This document shows, piece after piece, positions 25,458 through 40,231 of a stretch of DNA of 64,000 nucleotides. The notes below the pieces were generated by a model. It worked only from the letters and a program-made list of their open reading frames with translations, was not told the origin of the DNA and searched no databases. The stretch comes from Paramecium tetraurelia. Lineage: Eukaryota. A program made the translations under genes and the position numbers. Positions within the stretch are counted from its first letter, which is position 1. Each line of letters begins with the position of its first letter. The stretch spans positions 310,001 to 374,000 of the forward strand of contig CT868274.1 of NCBI GenBank assembly GCA_000165425.1, in the 5' to 3' direction.

Positions 25458-26066
25458 TCAAAATTAGAGTTCTTGATATTTTTTAATTGTGAAAGAAGGA
25501 AATAAAGTTTACTATTTTGATTATTTTTTTTGTAATAATTATGTAAATTATAAGCCTTAATTTTCACCTTTCAAAAAGTCAATTAATTTTTACTTTCTTG
25601 ACTTTTGCTAATCCTATTTATTAGAGGTTTTGTATTTTTTTGGGCTATTTTTATTAGATTAAAGAAATAATAATTCTTCATTGGTTGAATTCAAATTATC
25701 ATTAGAATTCTGAGCAATACTAAGATTCTTTAATTATCTAAAGTGTTTCTTAATTTGTTTAGTATTATTTTTCATGTTTTACTCCAAATGTAGATGATCA
25801 ATTAGAACAGTCGGAGTTTGAGTAGGTTCGATGATGAGAGATTTTCTATTAGTGATACTGGGTAACACATATTATTGATTTATGATGATATTCTTACGAA
25901 CAGAATTACTGATATTATGATATGATGCAAATCTTGAACTTTCAATTGAATTCTTTATTCTATTTGTATTATCTTTACCAAACTCAGGAGTAACAATAGT
26001 ATTCAAAAATTGTTTCAATCTGAATACTGGTTTTATGTTTGGATTCGATCTTGAATTTGTTTGCAT
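25458..26066 (-). CDS. Hypothetical low-complexity protein
   Basis: The standard-code ORF extends under TAR=Gln to a TGA at 25458-25460. Confidence 0.55.
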
Positions 26067-26109
26067 TAATTTAATTTATTATTATTATATTTGTAATATA
26101 ATGTTAAAC

Positions 26110-27847
26110 TCAACGGGCTGAAATGACAAGATCATCAATCTTAAGGATCATTCTAACACATTCTGTAGCCAAACTCAAAGCACTCCTTGTTACTAAAATA
26201 GGTTAGACCACTTATTCAGTTGTAATATCATCCACTATGTTATTCTAAATGATATATTAAATAATAATTACTTTCTTCATTCCTATGCCTGCAAACTTTT
26301 AAGATTTAAGATGTCTATTTCTTAACTCAGTAACTACATTGATTGGATTCAATCCTACAGATAGAGTATAAATTACCTGCATTTTCTGCAAGAGTATAAG
26401 GAATAACTTCAAGTGCTTCAGCGAATGCCCGAACACACATAGATCTGGCACCTGTTAATGTATTAGCCTTTTAAGTCAATTTTAAGGATAGGTGGATTTC
26501 TGGTGCTCCTCCTCCTGGAATCAAACCTTTGCTTTTAACAAGACTTCTAACAACACATAAGGCATCATGAATGCTTCTGTCAGCCTCATCTAAAACTAGT
26601 TGGTTTGACCCTCTAACTAAGATTGTTAAAGCTTTAGACTAAGCAGGCACACCAGTAATTCTCAACACTTTGCTTTCATCATTCAAGAAAACAGTTTCAA
26701 CAAGTCCAGCAGTTCCTAATTTTTCAGGAGTCAATTAATCTATATGTGCTACTGGTACTAAACATAAGGTCTATGTAACAAAAATAAGTATACCTTGGAT
26801 ATAAATTCAACATCCTCTCTTTCGATGTCTTTCACAACCATAATTCCTTTCTTTGCTAAGAAATGCAATGAGAGATCATTGACAGCATCTCTTAAAATGC
26901 TTTTTTGAATCAATAATACGTTTGCACCTGATGCTACTATCTTTTTTACTAGATCAATAATATATTTTCTTTCTTCCTTCAATATTTTATCCATTTCTGT
27001 ATAATCTTTGATAGCAATAGAATTCTCAACATCTGTTTTTGGTGCAGATAAACAAAATTACAACAGTGCCACTTTAGCATTTTCAATTTTTTGAGGTCCT
27101 CCTGCTGTTTAACTTGCTTTTTAATTAGAGAATACAATTCCTTCAACTAATTCAGTGTCATCGATGGTGCCTCCCAACTTTTTAACGATTTTGATATCTT
27201 TAAGATCAACATTATTTGGTTTGAGAGGGTCAACTATTCTCAAGACTGCATCTACAGCAAGTGGTGCCAATTATGTACTATTGGACGAAACTACTTTTGA
27301 TGAAAGTGCAGTTTAAACACATTCAATCAACTATTATTTATTGTCCAGATCAACTGGTTTTTTCAATTCATCCAAAGCTTCTAATGCATTTTCTAAGGCA
27401 AATTGGAATCCCTCTGAAATAGTGGTTGGATGTATTCCCTTCTCTAAGAGTACTTCACATGACTTCAATAAGGCTCCTGCGAATACTACAACTGAAGTGG
27501 TGCCATCTCCAGCCTCGACATCTTAAGCATGAGAAATTTCAACTAGCTTTTGTAATGTTGAATGGATTACCATTTTTGCAGTTGGATGGACCAAATCCAT
27601 CTATTTGAGTATGGTGGCTCCATCATTTGTAATGAGTACTTGACCTTTGGCATCTTAGATCATTTTATCCATTCCTCTTGGTCCCAAACTGGTTCTTACT
27701 GCGTCGGATACGGCTTGACATATAGTTTAGGGTATTACCTTTTGCAGCTTGGATGTTGGTCAATCTGATGTCTTTGGTTTTTTCTGATTTGTTGAAGGTG
27801 TTTGCTTTTTGGGATTGTTACTATGATGCCTATGGTGGTTGACTCAT
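26110..27847 (-). CDS. CCT4: T-complex protein 1 subunit delta (CCT4)
   Basis: [66 protein letters not shown] and [13 protein letters not shown]. Confidence 0.96.
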
Positions 27848-27910
27848 ATTTAAAAAATAAATTTGTTTTATTTAATTTCTGGAAATAAATGTACATATTA
27901 ATATATTGGA

Positions 27911-28342
27911 TCAAGCCCTGTTTGGATAAAGGAACACTCTCAAAGTAGATCCGATGGCTCTTGGTGGAAGATTTCTATTGAAACGAGCAATCACAACTCC
28001 GTTTGATCCATGTGATCTGCTGATTCTACCCCAGATTGTCTATAAGAATAGTGATAATGAGGTACTCTGAATTTAGTGTTGTTCTTGAGAGAATGAGCCT
28101 TGTAGATATAAGCTACTCTCTTGCCCCAATAGAATCTGCTTGATGAAACATCATCGACATGTTAAATCTTTAACAATGCCTAATTCTCGTTTTATTAAAC
28201 TTTAGATCTTCTGAAACCAGTGAAAGCAGCCTTGACCCATAATCTTTGTCAAATATTCAATGTACCTAACTGGTGCTTTCTTATTAACTTTCACTTTCTT
28301 GACTGTTTTGGTTGCCCCCTTTTATTATTGTTCGGCCTTCAT
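27911..28342 (-). CDS. RPL35A: 60S ribosomal protein L35a (eL33)
   Basis: RLWVKAAFTGFRRS, FYWGKRVAYIYKA and WGRISRSHGSNGVVIARFNRNLPPRAIGSTLRVFLYP; two introns. Confidence 0.96.
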
Positions 28343-28392
28343 TGATTAAAATCTTTGTTATTTTAATTTAAATAATTAAAATACTCTAACTA

Positions 28393-29114
28393 ATGAAACC
28401 AACTCAGAATGCTTCACATAAAGTATCTGTTCACAACCACAATCAACCATCCAATCCTAAAATTGGTAAATATCACTACGCCATGTTTTTAAGCAGTTAT
28501 GGCTCACCCATCTATCTAACTCAATATAAAGTTGAATACATTTCTTTGATTTGCTATTGGATTTATGTTGCATTCACAGTGGCATTTGATACATTTCCTG
28601 CTTAGAATGTAGTCACTGACAAAATCATATTTGATCATAGAGTTCCTTATGTGATATATTGGGGACCCACTTACATCTACCTTGCATTGAGTGTTTATGC
28701 CATAAGCACGTTCCTGGGCAGCTATAGAAACTGGATTTAAATCTTTGGAATCTTGGTTTATTTGTGGCATCTTGCTTATTTCGTTGTATTTTGGGCTGCT
28801 CCAAGTGTCATGCTTCCCAAGGTTAGAAATTATTATAAATGAAGTCTGTGGACAATTTCTAAGCCAGTTGTGGATACTATTGGACAGAACTCATGTTAAA
28901 TTTAATCATGATCATTATCCAATGCGGTAACACTCAAGCAACGATGAACTATCCAGCATATCTTCAGAACTATGTCACTAAAGTTAATAATGATATTGTT
29001 GAGTATTTGGCTGTTGAAGATGTAGAAGAATTGAATCACGAGACAACCCCAATCAAGGCTCAAACACCAAACCAGAAGTCCCAAATCTAATCCCAAAAAC
29101 AAATACAAGGATGA
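28393..29114 (+). CDS. Hypothetical multi-pass (about 4 TM) membrane protein
   Basis: Open frame with four hydrophobic aromatic-rich segments and one 23-nt intron; TGA at 29112-29114. Confidence 0.65.
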
Positions 29115-29145
29115 ATCATTATTTTTATTATCTTATATAAAATTT

Positions 29146-30381
29146 ATGGGAAATACAAATATCTGTTGTGTAGAACAAATTGATGAACCTTTTGACAAAC
29201 GCAAGTTTCTATTCCACAAAAAACTAAATAGCCTGAATAATCAACTGATGACAACAATCCAATATCAGGATATCATCATTTTTCACAAGGTTTGATCATT
29301 ATGTATATAGAATGTAGTGGCATAATTAATCTTGAATTGCAGTGCTCCAAGATTGGTATCGATAACTGAAAAAGATCCAGAAACTAAATTGGAGTTCTAT
29401 GCAAGAATTAAATAAGAAATAGAACTTAATCAATCAAATTTCTTCAATTTACTAATTGCCAATTACTTTTTACATTTCAATGAAATTTATGCTGATGAAG
29501 AGGTGATTGACATCATCTAACAATTTGACACCATTTCCTAAATGCTCCGACTTGTTCTCCTCCAAGGATTCCAGCAAGATCTAAAACTCTATTTTGGCAA
29601 TGATCTAGACAAACTTCCTGAACAAGAGTTACTTGTCTAAAGAGTGCTCTAACATTATTTATTGGGGAAAACCTCCCCTATAAAGAATAAATTTAATAAG
29701 ATGCTCAATCTATATTATTAATAGATCTAGTATGATGAACTAAACCAATCATGTGTTCCTGAAAAAGGGACGGTTTTGGAGTAAAATGATTTTGAAATAG
29801 ATCAAGCTTTGATACCCATCCAAGGGGGAGATATCGTCAATCTCTCTAATGACAGGTACTACTAAAAGTTATTCTTTAGTTTTTTGGAGTCATCAGGTGG
29901 ATCTGTCAAGCCAACATAACAATAGACAATTATTCAAATTGATAATATCATTGAAAATGCGGAAAAGCAATTTAAGCATCTTCCATATGCCACAACTTTT
30001 GAAATCCTTAGCCAAATGATTAAAACCACTAAACCATGGAAGAAATTTCTTCTTATTGAAAAATTTGACAATTTGATCATTAAGACACTTTTAACCAATA
30101 GGGATTAGAGTTAATTATAAAGTATGCAAGATATCCTCTTTGCTGAAGATTCTAGATCAGATATCTACTTATATATCTTGTAAAATTATTAAATTTAAAT
30201 ATATAGTCATTCATATGGATAATAATTCAAAGTGGATTTCAAAGAGCATCTATTGAATTCTTTAAAATTGATGTGGGAATTTGATGGATTACTTGGAAGT
30301 GATATCAAATATATCTATTGTCCTTGTTTCCTTAGATTTACAAATGTTTTGGAAATGTATGTGAAAAGTGTTAGTGTATGA
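29146..30381 (+). CDS. Hypothetical protein with an N-terminal myristoylation/palmitoylation-like motif
   Basis: Starts MGNTNICC; frame open with tiny introns to a TGA at 30379-30381. Confidence 0.65.
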
Positions 30382-30570
30382 TATTTCTATGTGACAGTAT
30401 TCACCCATTCATTATTTAATTTCAATATTAGAATATATATATAATATTATTTGTAGCATTGAATTCCATCTATCTTCATGATTCCCTTATATGCCATCAA
30501 CTGATTAAACAGATTAATAATACATAGTTTTGAAAATGTAATTATATCTTTGATTTATTGATTTTGTAAA

Positions 30571-32095
30571 TCACAATAACATTTTGAAAATCTCTTGATT
30601 TGGTTATAAAATTCTATGTGTAATTTTTAATTCTTCCATTTTATTTTTAATTGCTTCAAAATCTTAAGGCTTCTTTACTTTGACTCCCACTAATGCAGGT
30701 CCCTTCTCTCTATTATTTTTTCTTGTGTATTCTAAATTGGTGATTTCGTCTGTTGGTCCTATATAACAGGATATCAATAAGAGTACCCAAACATTATATA
30801 ATAAACTGCTTTAATGCTCCAGGCTTTTAAAAGAAATTCACAAACATGTAATATTACAACCCCTATTGAATTTCTGAGAGCATTCTAATATCTGTCATTC
30901 TGCCTAAATCATTATTACTTCCAGAAATCAAACAAACCACAGTTTTTCCTCTGATCTCATCCTTGAATCTATCCAAGGCAGATATTGCTAAAGCACCAGC
31001 AGGTTCAACAAGAATTCCTTCTTCATTAAATAACTTCATCATAGTTGTACAAACATGCCCTTCTGGAATTAAGACAATATCTTTTAAGACTGAGTTCAAA
31101 ATTTCAAATGGTTTCGCGCCTGATTTTTTAATAGCAGCACCATCAACAAATGTATTGATTGTTTCCAATTCAACAACCTTTTATTGTTTAATTGCCTCAT
31201 ACATTGAAGGTGAACTAAAAAATAACTTTTATATAATACCCTTCTGGTTCAACACCTATCAAAATTGTATCAGGATTGATTTGTTTGAAATAAGATGAAA
31301 TCCCAGCTCCACATCCTCCACCACCAACAGGAAAGAAAACAAAGTCAATTTTACTCTCAGGAATATCCTCCAGGATCTCAACTGCTATGGTCCCTTAACC
31401 CTCTATAATTTTCTCATCATCAAAAGCATGCACATAAATTCCGTTTTCAGTATTACATCTATCCCTACTTGCTCTAAAACTCTCGTCAAATGTATCTCCA
31501 ACCAACTCAATCTAGACATATTGTTTGCCCCATGATCTTCATATGATTAATACATTACTTGACAGCATTAAACTTTATGCTCGGTGTATTTGTAGGCATG
31601 TAAATAATACAATTGATTTTCAATAGATTACAAACATAAGCCACACCTTAAGCATGATTTCCGGCACTAGAACAAAATACTGTTCGGTGTCTCTCACTCT
31701 CTGGTATAGATATTATTTTATTGTAGGCTCCTCTTAACTTATAACTTCTAACAATTTGCAGATCTTCCTAAAAATATATATTTATTTACTCGTTTTATAT
31801 ATACATTTGCTCCAAACTATTCTGATAACTTCATTGATTTTTGAGTTGGAGTTCTAGTTATTACATTCTTAACTCTTTTATATGCACCAAAAATATTTGA
31901 AATAGGAATTAACTTTGAGAGATTTGGAGGATGGTTGTAAGTCAACACGTCTACTTCAATTGGATCTTTTAATGCACTTTCATCTTGTTTGTTCGATCTA
32001 TTAACATGATGAGTTGTTGGTTTTTTGTCTGGAGTCTCTAATAGGTCGTTTTTGGCAAGATTCAGAGATGAATGTGCTTTTTTAGAAATTTGCAT
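30571..32095 (-). CDS. ilvA: Threonine dehydratase (IlvA), short bacterial type with a single regulatory ACT-like domain
   Basis: KREDLQIVRSYKLRGAYN (PLP lysine), SSAGNHAQGVA, VFFPVGGGGCGAG, TFVDGAA, EPAGALAISAL, VVCLISGSNND and EYTRKNNREKGPALVG. Confidence 0.92.
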
Positions 32096-32186
32096 CTGGA
32101 TATATATTTAATTATGACGTATTTACAAAATTTAGCAATCATTAAGTAAATATAATACTAAATTATATGATTGTTTGTATAACTAA

Positions 32187-35100
32187 TCATTGACATTGAG
32201 TATAATAATCAGCTGCCACTTTATAAAGCTAAGTGAACTATTTTGATTTAGTTATAGATGGTTTTCTTGCTCTTGATTATGATTATCTTCTTTATTCCTA
32301 ATTCTCTCCATCCCCATATAATTCTTTCTCTGAAATTGTATTAAAATTTATATGTTCCCCTCCTTAATATGTTTATTACATAAATTAAGTTGGGAATTGT
32401 GCAGTTTCTTAAAATGATGTATCTACATTTACTTGGAAAGGACAAATTCTAATTTTTTGATTAGTTTTATTATTAGATTAAATTACTATCTGATTAATAT
32501 GATTGGGTTTTGTTGATTTTACTGTAGAGATTTATAATTTTAAGTAGTTTCTGACCTTTACATACTTTTACTTGGTCTCTTTTGAGATTATTTAATTGTC
32601 TTATTTCGTGATGATTGATTTGAAATAATGTCATTACTTTTGTTTAAAATTTGTGGCAAGATTTCAATAGTTTGTTATTATTTGAATTGAGGTATAGGTT
32701 TTATTGGCTTATTACCAATTTAATTTGATTTTGGTTTTGTTTAATTTTATGTTTGGAGAATATTCTAAGATTTCTATTAGTAATTGGATTATTTCTAAAA
32801 TCCATTATTATTATTAGTATTATTTTGTAATTGTTATGTAGAAGATGTCTAAAATTTTGGACCCTCTACTATGGAATTCAATAAATTCTCTAGAGTGCTG
32901 TCGTTTTATAACTAATGCTCAATTATTTCCTGTATGCTATTGTCATTTTCCATTGAATCAATTATTGTGATTAAATTTGAATTGCCTTGTTATCTCTTCT
33001 ATTTTATCTTTTAAATCAACTTTTTTTAAATAATATCTTAAATATTCTAACTGATTATTGTAGATTTATCAGGTTAATCACTTTATTCCTCTTTTTAAAT
33101 CATCAAGTTATTAAATTTCTGAGATTCCAACATTAACTTCTCTTCAATCAATTTTATATCCGAATCTTTATTCATCAAATTCAATTCTTATCTTTTTAAT
33201 TTTTCATCTTGATCAGCCATAATCTAGGCTTATTTTGATATAGTTTAATGTTTAATTACTAAGTCTTCCTCAAATTCTTTTCTTTATTTAACCAAACTCT
33301 GAATATTCTATTAATAGAAGATTATCTATTCATCATAATCAAATTTCATATCCTCAAATTCCCTTTGAGCTTATGAGTAATCAATCTTTACTTAATCTAA
33401 ATCCTTTTGAAGATCTTTAATTATTAACTATTATTTTTTAATTTTATCAGAGAAACCTTAGTTTTAGTTGGTTACCCAATTCAATTCTTAAGCAATTCTC
33501 GCATTGTCTTTCTCTAGTTTTCTTATTTTACTGGCTTAATCATTTATCAATTTAACTTATTCCTCCTTTTTTTGTATATATTCCTAATACTATCTAACGT
33601 AATACAAGATTTTTACTTTGTTTAATTCTCTAGTTCAAATTTCATTTATATTTCATTCTATTCTAATTTATAATAGGCAATTTCTTAAGCTTATAATTTT
33701 TATTTTTACTCTTCATTCTACACTTAAAGTGACAAGACCTCCTTCTAATATTGTTCTTACATCACTTAATGTGATTACTTCAAGTCCTTATATAATAATT
33801 ATAACTCATCATTTTAAATTGATTTCTGTAGCAATAATTGATTTAGATTATCTATTTTTTATTAATTCTATCTTGAAGTCACGTCGACCTATTATGACAA
33901 GGCCTGTATGGTTTGCTAATATATTGAATTAATAATTTAATACAAATTAGGAATGAATTCTCTCATTTAAGATTTTCTCATTTTATTCCATCTTTTTAAT
34001 ACAATTTGTCAATCGTTCTACATATTGACTTAAAGTGGAATTGTTAACAATTTAGAAACTGTTGGCATTCTCTAGATTTTCAATCTTCTTAAAATTAATG
34101 TCTAAATTCCCCTTTGTAATCTCTTGGGTTACTAATAAGGAGTTATATTTATGTTTAAGCTAAAAATTACATAATTAAATACATTACTCAATTTTTGTTT
34201 CTTATTGAAGTACTTATCCTGCAATTCTTGATTAGATTGCTTATACTTACTCAGACTGTCATCAAGCAATCTAATCTAATTCAATAGATCCTATGACTTT
34301 TATTGAATATAAATATCTATCTATTATTAATAAACCATTATTCTATTTCTAAGTTCTTGATTCTCCTACTTCAATTTTTCTTCCTCCAATTATTGCAATT
34401 CGTCATCTTTTTACCTTAATTACAAAAAGGGATTGGTAACAAAGGTTGTAGCCTAATGTTATTACTTTATAATTTGATTTTATAATTTAGTTATCAATTC
34501 ATCTGAATTCCTCAACAACTCATTTTTTAATGATATAGTGGATGTATAATCAATAATCTTAATTTTTAATGAATTGTTCTCCTCATTCAACTTTTCCAAC
34601 TTTTTCAAGAAATTTTATCTCTCCTCCAACAAGTCATCATTCTAATTTTTCTTTTATTATAATTATTTGTTCAGATATTGCAATTCATCCAATAGTAACT
34701 ACTATTTACATACCAATTCACTAAATTGCTATCTTATTTATCCTGTTTTGTTTTCAAGTCGAAATCTTTTCTCTAACTCCCTTTCAGCGGCATCATCTGC
34801 CAATAAGTATCTGTTATTCAAAATATCTAGCTAATATTTCAAGTTTTATTCAATTTTATTATGATTTAAAATTTGTTCCTCCTGTTTCTCTTACTCTTCT
34901 TACAACTTATTTTACAATTCCTAATTCTAAACCCCTATTGTCTCATTATCCTTTATCACCTACTTCACTTCTTTAAAATGCTATTCCATCAATTGCTGCA
35001 TCATCATCTAATAATCAGAACTATTGTATCTCTCTAATAAAATTAAGAACACTTTCCAAATCAACCCTTTTACTATTAAAATGTCATCCCCAATGCATTA

Positions 35101-35362
35101 ATTTAGAAGTTCATTGAATCCCTTAGAATAAACATACAACCCTTTATAGAGACGATCAATTGTGTCCTTTCTTAATCCTCTACCCTAGAATGTTACACTT
35201 TTCTTTTACCATCAATTGATGTCTGCTAATTCCAACTTCCTCCATTGTTTTAAATCTGATATCCATTGCTAAAGTATCAACTATCCATAACTCAGCAGCC
35301 TTGTTAATATTCGTGGATTAAGCACGAGAAAAATTTTATTGTCTTTTAACCTCGGTTGACAT
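32187..35362 (-). CDS. Large coiled-coil protein with a conserved N-terminal domain (IDRLYKGLYVYSKGF)
   Basis: Long Q/E/K heptad-rich frame with several tiny introns; TGA at 32187-32189. Confidence 0.7.
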
Positions 35363-36007
35363 ATACAGTTAATTATATAAAGTAAATTTTATAATCTCAA
35401 TAGATTAACTCCATTCTCATAATGGACATCTATTGTCTTATATTAAATAAAGTAATGTTTAAATACAAACACCAAAAACTGTATATTTTGATAACAAATT
35501 CTTGTTAATAAGAATTGTTGAAAATGAGTTTAAATCTCCAATAAGTATTGCTTTAAGTGGTATTGTATAAATTATAATCATCAATTCAATTTTGGTTAAA
35601 TAAAGAAATCTATGTTCCAATAATCTCAATTTTCGAATTATCAATTATATCTACTAATTTACTAGGTAATGCATGGTTTTACACAATAACAGTCACATCT
35701 ACATAGATCCGATTCAATCTCCTTTAATTTTGAGAACATGGGACAATCATTTTATGTTTAATTTTATAACTAAGCATATCTAAATTTTATTAATTCTAAT
35801 GTTAATTATAATTTCTAAGATAATTTAATCTATTAGAATTTCTCAAATTGAAATTAACGTTATACAGTACTTCATATATAAAATTATAAAAAGGAATTAA
35901 TAATCTAAATAAATTATGTTTATAACACATAATAATAGATTCATTCAATATGGAAAATCAAATATTTGATAATGAGCCATTTAATTTTTTCTTTATAAAT
36001 TAATTAT

Positions 36008-38071
36008 ATGCAATAAAGTAAATTGAGAACGGTTTCCCCTATGCAATGCCAATATGTTTCAACTCCATCAAATTGTTCTGTTGGCGGGGCATTAAAAAGA
36101 AGGAAAACCTTAAAAACTCAATCACCTTATTCTTCATAACACAAAGAGAGTCTTAACAATCTACTTTAAGGGGAGCCTGATAAAAACAAAAACAGATGCA
36201 AAGAAATTAGTATTGAAGTGGCAAAATTTTTATAATAAATCAATAAAAATGAGAGCACCTTTCCTTCCATGTACTCCTCAATTATAGGGATTGAAACCAA
36301 AAATCAAGAGGAGACACAATTAACACAACTATAAATGCTATAGTAACAAAATCAAATATTGAAAAAACAAAATTGCATAAAACAATAAGAGATTGATCAA
36401 TGGAAATAAAAATACGAATAAGCTGTTAAGTAATTAAATCAATTGTAGAGTAAATATGACGAGGATATTAAAATATTAAATCAAGAAATCCAAGCGGTTA
36501 ATGAGAGGATTACGTCATGTGAATAATAAAGAAACTATAGTTTTTTTGATTAGAAACCAACAGGGGATAATTTAACTAATATGAGTATGCAGACATTCTA
36601 GAGATCAATAAATGAGAATGAAAATTTCATTGAATAAAATAAACTATTAGATGAAATCTCAGAAAAAAATGCAATCATTAAAAGTCTGACTTTTGCTTTA
36701 GAGAAATCCAAAATGGAGATCTCTGAACACTAGCTAAGATCTAATGGAGAAATAGAGTAACTAAAAAGTAAGCTTAATTAGATTCAATAGTAGAAAATGA
36801 GAATGGAATACTGTTAAAGTTCTGAAATTTAGAATATTAAAATTGTGTAAAGCAATTAGATAGATATATTAAAAGAGGAAATCAATCAATTGAAATGTTT
36901 GATAGAAACAAAAAACTAGGAGATTTCGACTATTAATAACTAAAATTAAAGGTATAAGCATTAGATTGATTAAGAAAATAAGACACTCAAATAAGAAAAT
37001 GAGATCTTGAAATTGTAATTGATTAAAAAATAATAACAATTTTAGGAGGATATTAATCAAATCAAGTGCGATTGTTCAATATTACAACAAAATGAAATAA
37101 ATTCAATTAAATAAAGTTCACAACAACAAATCTCTGATTTAGATATTGAAATTAAAGATTTAAAAGAATTTCTATACACTTCTAATAATACAGAATAGTA
37201 GTAATAAATAGTAGATAGATTAAGATAAAGAGATCATTATGAAATAGAAAATCAAAGATTGAATAGTATAATAGAAGAATAAAATAAACGGTTATTGTCA
37301 TAAAGAATGCAGACAGAAAACCTAAATACTGAATCGATTAGAAAAATTTAAGATCTTCAAATGTAATGCAAGATGTTACTTGAAGAGACAAATTAGAAAA
37401 TGGAATAAATAAATAGAGAAAACACATTTTTAAAAAATTAGATTCTATTAAAAGATAATGAGATTAATAAATTTGAAGACATCTACTAAAAGTTAAATAA
37501 TTATAAAGAAAATCTCTTAAAACTGTAAGAAGAAAACTAAATTATTTTAAGCCATTATGAATAACAAGAGAGATAAATATAAAAGGAGAAGGACTAATAA
37601 ATATATTAATTGTAAAAAAACTTCGAAAGTCAATTAAAATAATATGATTTCTAATTATAAAATTTAATCAATGAGAAATTACAATATATGCAAATGTTAG
37701 AAATAAAGAATTAAGAATGCGCAGACTTAAATTTAGAAGTTAAGAAATTACAAATTTAGTAATAGAATATAAAAATTGATAATGAATTGTTGTACAGTAA
37801 ATTAATATCGTTTTGTAACTCTTAGGAGTCTAACAGAATCATAAATGATCCACTCAATAATACTTTATAAATGAAACGGATGACAGAATAGATATCACTT
37901 TTATAAAATGAGTTATTGATAAAGAATAAAGAAGTAACTTAAATCATAGATAAGTATTAATAGTTGGAACAAATACTCTGTAAAAATTAGATAAAATAGG
38001 CCGATTAAAATTTAAACGAAATAATGAAAAATTAGATAAAAAATTAGGGTCAAGTAGTAATAAATGAATGA
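36008..38071 (+). CDS. Coiled-coil hypothetical protein
   Basis: Frame of about 2 kb, Q/E/K/N-rich and open under TAR=Gln, from MQQSKLRTVSPMQ to VVINE-TGA. Confidence 0.7.
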
Positions 38072-38822
38072 CTAAATATTGTTAATTAAAGTTTTATTAT
38101 AATTTTTTTATTCTTTCTTCGGTTATTTAACTAGAAGGAGTACTTGTATAAAATTACTTCAAATCAATAAATTTATTATTACAAACTTATCATTTTATTA
38201 TAATTTAAGAAATAAATAATATTAAATGAAGAAATATCTTTGATGAAATCGAATTAAAATAGTTCAATTTAATTAATTTTACAATTCTTCCTCGAATCAA
38301 TAAGCTTGGGAAACATAAGTTATAAAGACAGTACTTTAATTATATGTGATGGTTGTTTTATTGAATTTCATTAAAATTATTAAAGTAACCAGTTTAACGT
38401 TATCAGTATTAGCAGCAACTTATCCTCCTCAACATAGGGCTGATTTCAATTCAAGGTGTTTAAAAGACAACTCCTTGGTTTTACTATTCTAAAGCTAAGT
38501 TTGTTATCATACACTTACTTATTTTTTATAGATTTTTTATGAGATAAAGTACAGTAATATCTTAGAAATAAGGAATGATAAATATGTCTATATTTTAGTA
38601 TAGAAAAATATTCAATTAGTTTCCATATTAAAGTCTTATTATGGGGACAATGAAAAATCAAATACACAGTATTATGATCTTGCTTCTATTTTATACTAAA
38701 TCCTAGGGTTATTAAAACTGAAACATGAGAGTGAAATTGAGTATGGGAACAATCACTTTTTAGTAATAAATTATTATAATAATAATTTCTATGCTTTGAT
38801 ATATTTTATATTTGGAAATAGA

Positions 38823-40042
38823 TCATGCTCCCTTGAGTTATGATTTGACATAGTCTTGGAATCTTGGTTGGTTGAGCAACTCTAAAGCTTAATTGGCAGC
38901 ATTGATTTCCTTGTTGTATTCAGCAACGGTGGCATTATAGACGTCAGTGGCAAAGGCATAGTCATCATTTTCAGCTTGTAATTATCCATTGAGGGTGGCC
39001 AAATCTTAATCAAGTTCATCAATTAAGTCAAGAGTTTATTCTTATTTGGCTATGAGTAGTTAGATTGAAATGAATACTTGTGTTGGCTTCGATTTCAGCA
39101 TTCTTAACAACAACAGCTCTTTAGAATTCAGCATGTTCTTAGTTCAATTAAATGACTGAGGCATTATATTCGGCGACTTATTCAGCTTCGTCAGCAGTGA
39201 TTTAATTGAGGGAGTCAACTAATTCAACTCTCAAGTTATTGAAGGCAACAACAATCTAGAGGATATATCAATTAGACATTACATCTCTAAGAGCTCCTTA
39301 ATCATCAAAGTTGGAGTCGGATGTGATTTCCAATAAGACTTTAACAAAGATTTGGAATTAGTTGTGCTTTTTCAATGAGTTTTAGATTTTAGCCAAATTC
39401 TTTTAAACTTTCTTGACTTAAGCAAGAGATGGGGCTGCCAATGTGCTCAACAATTATAAGCATTCATCAATAGCAGCAATAGCTTCGTTGTGTTCAACAA
39501 CTTCACTTTCAAATGTTTCGTGATCGTTTGCTCTTTAGACTGTAGCTTATTCAAGGGTTCTTCTGTTTTAAGCGATGTTTTCTTATAATTATTCAAGTTA
39601 GGCAGCAAATCTTTCTCCTTATGGGATGAGGACGTTGTCATAGAAATCGTGGGCATTGAACAATTCTAAGGAAATAGTAAAACTGATAAAGTACCTCTTT
39701 CTTTGTCTTAGATTTCTTATTCGAGTCTGGAGACTTCTCTGTTGTGGACATCTGTTCTTCTGTTGAATTCATGATGAACTCCAGCCAATTCCTCTTCCAT
39801 TTCATCAACCTATAAAAATATTAACTCTATATATGTACGAGTTTCTCAATCTCGGAGTTGAGCTCAGAGAGGATACCTCCTGTTGTTAAATGGAGTTCAG
39901 CATAGTTCAAGATGAATTTACCCCAACCAGATTAGTGAATCTAAGCGAAAGCTTTTTGGTCTTTGCTAGTCCAAATTGAGGATTAGACATTAATGGCTGT
40001 TGAGGCAAGTACTAACAATGCACACACGGCAACTTTGAACAT
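38823..40042 (-). CDS. TMP1: Trichocyst matrix protein precursor, T1 family
   Basis: [16 protein letters not shown] signal peptide; [39 protein letters not shown] and [43 protein letters not shown] match Paramecium T1 TMPs; intact frame with four introns. Confidence 0.92.
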
Positions 40043-40231
40043 TTATTGTAATTAATAATGAATTCCTTCTAAGGATTATTTTGCTAAAAAAAGGCAAAAA
40101 CGAATTTTTCTTTTTAATATTAATTAATATACACACTTCTTATACTTTTTATATTGTCTTATATTCTAACTACTTACAATCCATAAATATACACAACATT
40201 ATGTTTAATCATTTCCAATCAATCAAAACAA

